IMG/VR virus record: IMGVR_UViG_3300044797_000318
Span: 74,672-138,671 of that record
DNA length: 64,000 nt
Direction: 5' to 3' (one strand)
From: a virus
Below the pieces are notes generated by a model. That model saw nothing but the letters and a program-made list of their open reading frames with translations. It was not told the DNA's origin and made no database searches. Below are positions 57,293 to 64,000 of the stretch, piece by piece (positions within the stretch are counted from its first letter, which is position 1; the number at the start of each line of letters is the position of its first letter). Both the position numbers and the translations under genes were made by a program.

Positions 57293-57859
57293 TTAGATAG
57301 TCAATTCCCCAAAATTGACCAGAGAGACAACTTTGTATTGGTTGCCCAACCAAGGGTCTTTATTGGCACGACGATCTACTACTGCCAAAACGCCTTTGAC
57401 ATCAAACTGGGCTTTTCGTAAAGTTTCAGCTGCCTTGAAAGCAGATTGTCCAGTGGTTAGGACATCTTCTAATATAACCACGTGTTGCAGCCAGGTGTGC
57501 TGCGCTCCCTCAATCAAGCTTTTGGTCCCGTGTTCTTTGGCTTTGTCTCGAACATAAACCACATTGATACCAAGAGGATGCTCCATAGCTACGATAGAGA
57601 CTAAATGACATCCACCTAATACCACTCCCGCTACCGCTTCCACCATCCCAAACTCTTGCACCATCTTCTCACAGAGAAGTTTAGCTAAAAGCTTACAGGA
57701 CATTCTGCTCATAGCAGTCTTTTTGACATCCACATAGACATTGGATGTCTGCTCAGAAGAGAGAGTGAATTCTTCGCCCACTCTAACACTATAAAGATTG
57801 AGCCAATCAATTAGCTGTTCGCGTTCAGTCCTGTTGCTCATCGTCCTCTTCTTTATCAT
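57293..57859 (-). CDS. Orotate phosphoribosyltransferase-like type I PRTase
   Basis: FTLSS...S..YVD, KEHGT...IEG, VVILEDVLTTGQS, VVDR. Confidence 0.88.
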   Translation of the reverse strand: MIKKRTMSNRTEREQLIDWLNLYSVRVGEEFTLSSEQTSNVYVDVKKTAMSRMSCKLLAKLLCEKMVQEFGMVEAVAGVVLGGCHLVSIVAMEHPLGINVVYVRDKAKEHGTKSLIEGAQHTWLQHVVILEDVLTTGQSAFKAAETLRKAQFDVKGVLAVVDRRANKDPWLGNQYKVVSLVNFGELTI

Positions 57860-58133
57860 GATCTAATCGACCCAAAGTCGTTCTAATGGTATTGTCGCAC
57901 ATAAACTCACCATAGCGGGCAGGATCATCCTCTTCTTTGCTTTCATCTTCTGGCCCGTGATAGTGAAAACTAACGGCAGTAATATCGCCCTTTTCTTCCC
58001 TTTCACGATATTCCATCCATTGCCAATAATCCTGTTCGCCAGCTTCACATAACCACACGGCAAAATGATGAGCCGCCTCTTCATTTGCGAAAATAATCTT
58101 GATCGTTGTCTCTTTGTCTTTATTCTTTTTCAT
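57825..58133 (-). CDS. Hypothetical acidic protein
   Basis: Coupled to the ARH gene (ATGA). Confidence 0.6.
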   Translation of the reverse strand: MKKNKDKETTIKIIFANEEAAHHFAVWLCEAGEQDYWQWMEYREREEKGDITAVSFHYHGPEDESKEEDDPARYGEFMCDNTIRTTLGRLDHDKEEDDEQQD

Positions 58134-59080
58134 GATGACCTCATCAAAAAACTACCATTCGACCTATTGTAAAGTTGGCTATCCAAAGTCATTAGCTTAC
58201 TACTATCTTCCACTTGGCTAACCCAATATGGAAGTATGTTTTGCACACCGCTTTTAGCACCAAATAGAGCCCCAACAATGCTGGCGGTGGTATCAGTGTC
58301 ACCACCTGCTTTGATAGCGGCCAACACTGCTTCTCGGTAGTTATCAAATCGCAGGAAACAATATAAAGTCGCCGGAACAGTCTCTCTAACATCGGCTTTG
58401 GTGCCGAGAGCTCGTAAAGCCATTTCGGAGGAAATCTTGGGATTTCCCAACAAAGCATCCAGACTATGAAGTGTAGTCTTGACTTTACTATCGGGCAAAT
58501 GAGGCACTATTTTTTCTATCAGATTATCGGTATCACCGTTAGTAGCATAGGCTGCCGCTAAGGCGATAGCAATAGATCCCGCAATGGCCTCGTCAGAAGC
58601 GTGAGTGATTTGAGCATCCACACGACAAGCCTCTATCAGAGTTTTGAGATCATGACGGAGATAGATGCCGAAAGGAGCGGCCCTCATCGCAGTGCCGTTG
58701 CCCCATGATCCAGCCATTCCCGACTCGGAATAATGCTTACCTTGAATGAGGTTAGCAATGGCCAAGAAGGTAGTGGTGCCATAACCACGAATAGTATTGG
58801 AAGTAAATAATTCCACATAGCGTTTGGCCAAATCTACTGGGTCAAAGCCATTGTTGTCGATCAATGAACCCGCTACTGCCAAGCTCATCATCGTATCATC
58901 GCTATACTGCCCTGGCAATAATTTGTGATGCTCGCTGCCTAAAAAGCTTTCCTGATCCCAAGCTAATAGCAGTGGGTTGCTGGCAGGTTTGGACTCGAAA
59001 GGAACACCAAGGGCATCGCCTATCGCCCCACCTAAAAGTGTATTAGTCATTTCAGTATTTCTCCATTCCTGCGGGAACAT
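58130..59080 (-). CDS. ADP-ribosylglycohydrolase (DraG/ARH family)
   Basis: GAIGDALG, YSDDT, GNGTAMR, ITH, GGDTDT; probable start MTNTLL at 59050. Confidence 0.95.
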   Translation of the reverse strand: MFPQEWRNTEMTNTLLGGAIGDALGVPFESKPASNPLLLAWDQESFLGSEHHKLLPGQYSDDTMMSLAVAGSLIDNNGFDPVDLAKRYVELFTSNTIRGYGTTTFLAIANLIQGKHYSESGMAGSWGNGTAMRAAPFGIYLRHDLKTLIEACRVDAQITHASDEAIAGSIAIALAAAYATNGDTDNLIEKIVPHLPDSKVKTTLHSLDALLGNPKISSEMALRALGTKADVRETVPATLYCFLRFDNYREAVLAAIKAGGDTDTTASIVGALFGAKSGVQNILPYWVSQVEDSSKLMTLDSQLYNRSNGSFLMRSS

Positions 59081-59501
59081 ATGATAATTCTAGTTGAATT
59101 ACTTGTTTATATAAATCGGGATTTTTATTTTTCAGACTGCTATGAAGTTTCTGAATCCACGCCTCATAAGAGGGATATTTGCGAGGATTGGGCTTCCAAG
59201 TTTCTTCCACGCCCTCATCGCTAAGAATGGCATTCGTCATTTTACCTAATTCGTTTCGGAACACTACTCCCACATAATCCATCCACATTCCATGAGGATG
59301 TTTGACACCTAATTTTCTGGGAGAAACGTGATTGAAATCTAATCCATCCCAATTTCCTGGGTATTCTACTATCCACCAATTATTTTGGGTGGAAATAGAT
59401 AACTTTCCGCCAAATCTCTTCTGATTGATTTTCTGAAATAAAAGTGGCAAGTCATACGATTTGATCCATTTTTTGGTGGTCAAATAAGAAATATTACTCA
59501 T
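59052..59501 (-). CDS. Hypothetical protein
   Basis: Coupled ORF. Confidence 0.6.
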   Translation of the reverse strand: MSNISYLTTKKWIKSYDLPLLFQKINQKRFGGKLSISTQNNWWIVEYPGNWDGLDFNHVSPRKLGVKHPHGMWMDYVGVVFRNELGKMTNAILSDEGVEETWKPNPRKYPSYEAWIQKLHSSLKNKNPDLYKQVIQLELSYVPAGMEKY

Positions 59502-59820
59502 CAGTTATAATCTCCACTGCTATTGTTATTTCTCCGACATCCGTGAGGTAAATCTTCTCAAAATCCATTCCATTGCACATATAGCGTCTTTTCTCTACAA
59601 AAAACTGAGCCGCCTCCGACAAAGAAGAGAAACATCTTTCATACTCAAAAAGAACATTCTCATCCTCTTCTTCCCAATCCACCGCCCAGTTAGTGGGAGG
59701 GCTACCCTCATCCATTGGACGAATTTGCAGAGTGCCGCTTACCCCTACATCAAAACCAGCTGGGTGGGATAGGAAGGTAATGAGGTGAGCAATCTCATCT
59801 TCGATTGACATTAGGGTCAT
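59494..59820 (-). CDS. Hypothetical acidic protein
   Basis: Coupled ORF. Confidence 0.6.
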   Translation of the reverse strand: MTLMSIEDEIAHLITFLSHPAGFDVGVSGTLQIRPMDEGSPPTNWAVDWEEEDENVLFEYERCFSSLSEAAQFFVEKRRYMCNGMDFEKIYLTDVGEITIAVEIITDE

Positions 59821-60383
59821 GGCAAATATCCCTCCAACAACATAGCAATCACAAAAGCGTGGCCCATTTTTCTATCGGGAGCGTTGATGACTTCCTCATA
59901 AGATAAATTGCACATCTTATGATTATAGCCATCGAAATCCCATAAGTAAAGGTCTTGCTCCTCTTCGTGCATCTTTTTCAATTTCTCAAAGGCAGAAGTT
60001 TTTTTGACCGCCTCGGAATACAAAGGAATATAGATTTTCTTGCGTGCCTCTATATAAGATAATTGTTGACCATCCCAATAAGAAAACTTAGGAAAAACAC
60101 CTTTCCCCATCGGATAACGATGAGCTTTGATATCATTCCAGCCATCCTGCGCCCACTTGAAATATCGTTCTCCTACCGAGCCATCCTCCTCCAAATAGTA
60201 TTCATACACTTTGGAAAATTGCCAAGCGTTTTCTACATTCTTAGAACGATATGTGCCATATAAATCTACCGGGCCACAAAAGAAGGGGCTCAGCCCTCTG
60301 CCCCAAGTATTAGATCTAGAAGTAGTATTGATTTCCACTGCCCCTTCGGGAGTTTTATGACCAGGGCCAATAACGTGGATCAT
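59817..60383 (-). CDS. DUF6939-like protein (possibly NADAR-related)
   Basis: TSR...LSPF, VENAWQFSKV, L.YIEARKKIYIPLY, L.DFD, GH. Confidence 0.65.
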   Translation of the reverse strand: MIHVIGPGHKTPEGAVEINTTSRSNTWGRGLSPFFCGPVDLYGTYRSKNVENAWQFSKVYEYYLEEDGSVGERYFKWAQDGWNDIKAHRYPMGKGVFPKFSYWDGQQLSYIEARKKIYIPLYSEAVKKTSAFEKLKKMHEEEQDLYLWDFDGYNHKMCNLSYEEVINAPDRKMGHAFVIAMLLEGYLP

Positions 60384-60388
60384 TTGAT

Positions 60389-60712
60389 TTAGGACATTCC
60401 TTTGTCATCATCTTGCCAAGGTGCCCCTACTGTATTTTCCCATTGCACAGACGACCCAGGAGTTGTGCCTTTGGATGACTTATTCTTAGCTTGTAGTCTT
60501 ACTGCCTTGGGAATATTTTTCGCTGTCAGATTTTTTATCTTATGGCAGATGGGGCACTCTACATCATAGTTTTCATATGAGGGATCTCTGCAATCCCCCG
60601 GATAATATTTGTATCTGACATCAGCTGCCGCAGCTTCTAATTCGGAATCGCATTCATCACAGGTAAATCTACAAGACCAAAGAGAAGTATCTGCTTGTTT
60701 GATAATTTTCAT
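60389..60712 (-). CDS. Zn-ribbon protein
   Basis: CDEC...CPIC. Confidence 0.65.
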   Translation of the reverse strand: MKIIKQADTSLWSCRFTCDECDSELEAAAADVRYKYYPGDCRDPSYENYDVECPICHKIKNLTAKNIPKAVRLQAKNKSSKGTTPGSSVQWENTVGAPWQDDDKGMS

Positions 60713-60727
60713 TTGATACTAATCTCC

Positions 60728-62119
60728 CTATAAATTAGCTCTGGCGCGAATAGTGTCAAAAGTCTCATCCACCAAAACAAGACCATCTTCATAGAAGGTT
60801 CTCATTTCCGAATCAGATTGAGCGCTCTGCCCATCTGCCAATTTCACGGTAAGATAGCCGCTTCCATATTTGAGAAGAAGATCTAGTCTGCCAGACTTAC
60901 TCTTTTTACCATGATCAGTGATCGGATCTTTTGAGACATCTCGTGTTTCACCATCCACAATTACCTGCGAACACTTTATCGCCATCTTGAAAGTATCTCT
61001 ATCAACTTTTTGTAAACTTCCGCCCCCTTGACCAAAAGCTAAATTAGTCGTAGAAAATCCTTTTGAATTGATACGATCTAAAATCTGTTTGATAGAGTTG
61101 ATATTGATACCATCTCCCTGAATTAGACGAACATTGTTCAACACCTTATACTTTTTAGTATTAGGAAACGAGCCAAACTTTTCGTCGAGAATGTGTAGGC
61201 ATTTAGAAACCACTTCCACCGGGTCACCGCTATCTGGGCGAATAACCACAGTGGCTCCTGATTTGATTACCTCTTCTCGAAGGTTTTCTCCCCATAAATG
61301 TCCGCAAGCATTATAAATATCATTACTGTCTGAGACGCAAGCAAAGATAGCTCCCGGCTTACCAAACTCTTGTAGCATATGTCGAAAAGCATCCTCTTCA
61401 CGATCTTTACCATAAGAGATAATAGTGGAATGTTCTGAGGCGGGAATAGAAAATCCACATACATCAGAGTTGTAATACTCCATCGCACACAGAATACCAG
61501 CTACCGTATCCGTTCCCTTAGAAAACAGAAGTTCGGCAGCCCCACCTATACCGGCACTTTCACAGCTGCTAACACCGCGATAACCAAAAGAGTGATGCTT
61601 GAAATCTATTTCTAATTCTGGGGCATCGGCCGTCTTCTGTAAACTCTCCAAAATCAACTGTCGCACATAATAAGAGCGAGTAGCTACGGTAATTGGATAC
61701 CAGATTTGCATCAATAAAGTCTCAAAATGACCGGGTAGCCAAGCCACTTTGGGATCGGTACTTTCAATAGTCATCATCACATTATGTGTGGGCACAAGCG
61801 TGCCTTCTGGCACTGCCCTAATCCTGAGGGGCAACTTACCCTTCAAGGTAGTGGCAATATACATCCATTGGTCTTTGGCAAAAGGGACACCATGCAATTT
61901 ACAAAATTGTGCCGCCTCTTCCACATCGCTAACTGCGATGGGCTTACTGAAATGCTTTTTGAGGATATACTGCAATCCAAAAAATACCGTAGCTGGATAA
62001 TCTCCACCACGACTTTCCAGGTAATTGTGCATATACGTCAGCCCTTTCTCAAAGATAAAGGGGTGTGAAAACTTATAACTGTCAGTTTTTAGAACTAAAT
62101 TATCATTACTAAATTTCAT
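60728..62119 (-). CDS. nadV: Nicotinamide phosphoribosyltransferase (NAMPT/NadV)
   Basis: TDSYKFSH, FFGLQ, EG, FGYRG, PASEHS, IRPDSG, QGDG, KDPITD..K.SK.G. Confidence 0.95.
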   Translation of the reverse strand: MKFSNDNLVLKTDSYKFSHPFIFEKGLTYMHNYLESRGGDYPATVFFGLQYILKKHFSKPIAVSDVEEAAQFCKLHGVPFAKDQWMYIATTLKGKLPLRIRAVPEGTLVPTHNVMMTIESTDPKVAWLPGHFETLLMQIWYPITVATRSYYVRQLILESLQKTADAPELEIDFKHHSFGYRGVSSCESAGIGGAAELLFSKGTDTVAGILCAMEYYNSDVCGFSIPASEHSTIISYGKDREEDAFRHMLQEFGKPGAIFACVSDSNDIYNACGHLWGENLREEVIKSGATVVIRPDSGDPVEVVSKCLHILDEKFGSFPNTKKYKVLNNVRLIQGDGININSIKQILDRINSKGFSTTNLAFGQGGGSLQKVDRDTFKMAIKCSQVIVDGETRDVSKDPITDHGKKSKSGRLDLLLKYGSGYLTVKLADGQSAQSDSEMRTFYEDGLVLVDETFDTIRARANL

Positions 62120-62120
62120 T

Positions 62121-62160
62121 ATACTCTCCGTATGTTATTCATCTTCTCTCTCCGAGAAGA
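62121..62160 (-). promoter_or_regulatory. Twin hairpin leader element before NAMPT
   Basis: UCUUCUC-GGAGA-GAGAAGA and AUAC-GGAGA-GUAU, the second ending 1 nt before the AUG. Confidence 0.65.
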
Positions 62161-62162
62161 GT

Positions 62163-63179
62163 TTATTTTGTAAAAGGTGATCCAACAAAAAAATCTGCTA
62201 TATGGTAATGATCCTCAAAGAATTCCTCTTCCCTATTATAGAATTCATCTATTGGCATCCACCACGCCTTATCAGCATCATCCGAACCCTTGACTTTTGG
62301 CAAAGCACCCATTCCTAAGTCTAGAAGAAAAGCGGTAGTAATAGTTCTTCCACGTTCCGATCTTTCCACTAAATCAAAAGTATGTTCATCTTTGATATGT
62401 TTATCAAGTTCATCTTTACTTAGTGCAATAGCCGTCTCTTCTTTTAGTTCTCTGATCACCCCGGTGCGAATACGCTCCTTAGCTTCAAGAAAACCACCAG
62501 GAAGAGCAATCAGCCCACCACCATAAGCTTTACCTCTACGGACACAAAGTACATGTCCCGACTTTATAACGACTGCATCAACGGTGTGAAAAATAGGCTC
62601 GAAGGGAGCGCCCTCCCAAGCTCGCTTAGTTTCTCTAAGTGCATCAAAATAAGATTTGATCGCCTTGAATTTAGGGGTTTTCTTGAATTCCTCTAAATAT
62701 TCAACGGTCTTGGCAGGAACGAATGTCTTATAACGGATATCATGGGTGAAATACAAATAACGAATTTCAGCGGCCTCCGGCATAGTTTTGATGTTTGGAA
62801 GCACAAACTTTTCCCATTGTGGGAAGGCTTTCATATATTCCGAATGTTCGTGCCCCACTATAATAATGGACTCCGAATCGTCAGTAAGTTCGCTGACTTT
62901 GCTCGATACATCTGCTAACCACAAATGGTTCTTATAAAGATAATCTCGCACAAAAACAAACTTGATACAAGTATTTTCTTCGGGCGTCAATGCTGCACGG
63001 ATCATCGCCTCACGCTCTTCACCAGACCAAGGTTTCTTGGGGGAAGGGGATCTTTTATAACTACCCACTACGATAATAACTGTTTCGGCCTGATTGATAG
63101 CCTCTTGTACGAGCTGATATTGAGTTGAATAAAATGGTTGAAAATTACCTACAACAATAGCAAATTTATGATTTTTCAT
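62163..63179 (-). CDS. NadM-Nudix fusion (NMNAT-like domain with degenerate HxGH + ADP-ribose pyrophosphatase)
   Basis: GNFQPFYSTQ (cf. GRFQPFHxGH), VGS, PWS..ER; Nudix box GGF.E..E......RELKEET, DDA, FEDH; ATG at 63179. Confidence 0.9.
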   Translation of the reverse strand: MKNHKFAIVVGNFQPFYSTQYQLVQEAINQAETVIIVVGSYKRSPSPKKPWSGEEREAMIRAALTPEENTCIKFVFVRDYLYKNHLWLADVSSKVSELTDDSESIIIVGHEHSEYMKAFPQWEKFVLPNIKTMPEAAEIRYLYFTHDIRYKTFVPAKTVEYLEEFKKTPKFKAIKSYFDALRETKRAWEGAPFEPIFHTVDAVVIKSGHVLCVRRGKAYGGGLIALPGGFLEAKERIRTGVIRELKEETAIALSKDELDKHIKDEHTFDLVERSERGRTITTAFLLDLGMGALPKVKGSDDADKAWWMPIDEFYNREEEFFEDHYHIADFFVGSPFTK

Positions 63180-63180
63180 T

Positions 63181-63223
63181 TTCACTCTCCGTGAAGTTAG
63201 TAACTAGAACCCTCTCTGGGTTC
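63181..63223 (-). promoter_or_regulatory. Twin hairpin leader element before NadM-Nudix
   Basis: GAACCC-AGAGA-GGGUUC and UUCAC-GGAGA-GUGAA, the second ending 1 nt before the AUG. Confidence 0.65.
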
Positions 63224-63248
63224 ACAAGTAAATATATCAATATGCCCA

Positions 63249-63455
63249 CTATTCTTGCGTGGGAGGTCGGGCTGTCAAACGCTTAGAGATTGCCCACAGT
63301 CCGTATAGGGCGCAGCCAAGACTAATAACTCCGCTAATACTGGGCCATAGAGTTATCGCATAATAGCCGTTCGCAATCGTAATGAGAATCCAAAAGAAAA
63401 GCATGTGAATTTCCCTTTCTGGTTGACAAGGTAATTTATACGATAGGCTTGTCAA
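63249..63455 (-). CDS. Small membrane protein
   Basis: Two TM segments; probable start MLFFWI at 63404; promoter TTGACA-N16-TACCTT at 63428-63455. Confidence 0.55.
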   Translation of the reverse strand: MTSLSYKLPCQPEREIHMLFFWILITIANGYYAITLWPSISGVISLGCALYGLWAISKRLTARPPTQE

Positions 63456-63465
63456 GGGGCATCCT

Positions 63466-63502
63466 AAATAAAAAACGGAATGAAGTTGCCCTCATTCCGT
63501 TT
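63466..63502 (-). terminator. Rho-independent terminator
   Basis: AAACGGAAUGAG-GGCAAC-UUCAUUCCGUUU followed by a U-run. Confidence 0.8.
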
Positions 63503-63525
63503 CGCATTCTAGGGTTGATAAATAA

Positions 63526-63999
63526 TTAAACCCTATCAAATACCTGACGTACTGGTTCAGTAGTTCGATGGACAGAAGAACCAATTCTTGGAGTTCCCTT
63601 CAAGTCGATATTCTTTTTCTTGTCGCCTGGGAAACCAGAAGGTTGAGCTTGTGCTGCGGTAGCGGTACGAAGTTTAGCAACCAACTCATCCCACCAAAGA
63701 TAACGAACTCTAACTGTCTCAGTAAAGATGGGCTTGATCAAACCAGATACATAAGTAATCTTTTGATCCACATGCTGTCCTGCACCTACGGAAACTAATG
63801 TTTCTAATCCTGCGGATGCTGCTACTGGGCCACTATCTGAAATATCAGTAGAAAAATAGCAACTATCAAGACTAGCGGGGCCGAAGGACTGTACGCTGGT
63901 ATTTTGGACGCTATTACTGGTGCAGTTATTTAGGACAACATTGTTTCCGAGAAGATAATCTCCGCTATTACTGCTGTTTTGATAAATCCAAACTGGCTC
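63526..63999 (-). CDS. Hypothetical protein, 5' truncated by window edge
   Basis: Frame is open from the window end to the stop at 63526 (...SVGAGQHVDQKI...VRVRYLWW). Confidence 0.65.
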   Translation of the reverse strand, partial: EPVWIYQNSSNSGDYLLGNNVVLNNCTSNSVQNTSVQSFGPASLDSCYFSTDISDSGPVAASAGLETLVSVGAGQHVDQKITYVSGLIKPIFTETVRVRYLWWDELVAKLRTATAAQAQPSGFPGDKKKNIDLKGTPRIGSSVHRTTEPVRQVFDRV

Positions 64000-64000
64000 G

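Noticed and set aside
44983-62526. Many plus-strand ORFs antisense to PARP, LigA, helicase and NAMPT (e.g. 45688..46125, 55811..56311)
   Set aside because: Antisense shadows of well-supported minus-strand genes, with no motifs.
1-64000. CRISPR array, rRNA, integrase or transposase
   Set aside because: No regularly spaced direct repeats, rRNA-like sequence or DDE/tyrosine-recombinase motifs were seen.
1-64000. Eukaryotic giant virus or cellular origin, suggested by PARP, Pth2 and organellar-type PheRS
   Set aside because: Shine-Dalgarno sites, sigma70 promoters, coupled operons, CCA-encoded bacterial-type tRNAs, rIIA/B, OmpA and lipoproteins favour a bacteriophage, although no capsid or terminase gene is in this window.

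Overview
This 64-kb window looks like part of a very large (jumbo-type) bacteriophage genome in genetic code 11. Evidence: dense, mostly minus-strand, translationally coupled genes; T4-like rIIA/rIIB, Rnl1 and PseT; many free-standing homing endonucleases; sigma70-like promoters plus a second recurrent GATATA leader motif; no core cellular genes. Contents in order: (1) a nucleotide-sugar/glycosylation cluster (1-8.2 kb); (2) an RNA-repair region (two RNA ligases, PNK/phosphatase, RlaP-like nucleotidyltransferase); (3) two MoxR-like AAA paralogues, a VWA/HExxH partner, rIIA/B and two IscA genes; (4) ten tRNA genes grouped by amino acid, including an apparently permuted D-armless tRNA-Arg(UCU), followed by an unidentified ~233-nt structured RNA; (5) OmpA and lipoprotein genes; (6) a full WGR-regulatory-catalytic PARP coupled to a DenV-like gene, a macrodomain and NADAR; (7) LigA and a run of Pth2, organellar-type monomeric PheRS, alarmone hydrolase and HslV-like protease genes; (8) ARH, NAMPT and a NadM-Nudix protein with a degenerate NMNAT motif, where both NAD genes carry twin C-RGAGA-G hairpins over the ribosome-binding site. 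Best candidates for undescribed systems: the phage NAD/ADP-ribosylation network with its putative RNA operator, the permuted tRNA and adjacent ncRNA, and a set of unrelated small proteins sharing a hydrophobic C-terminal tag. All family calls come from motif recognition by eye; no searches were run.
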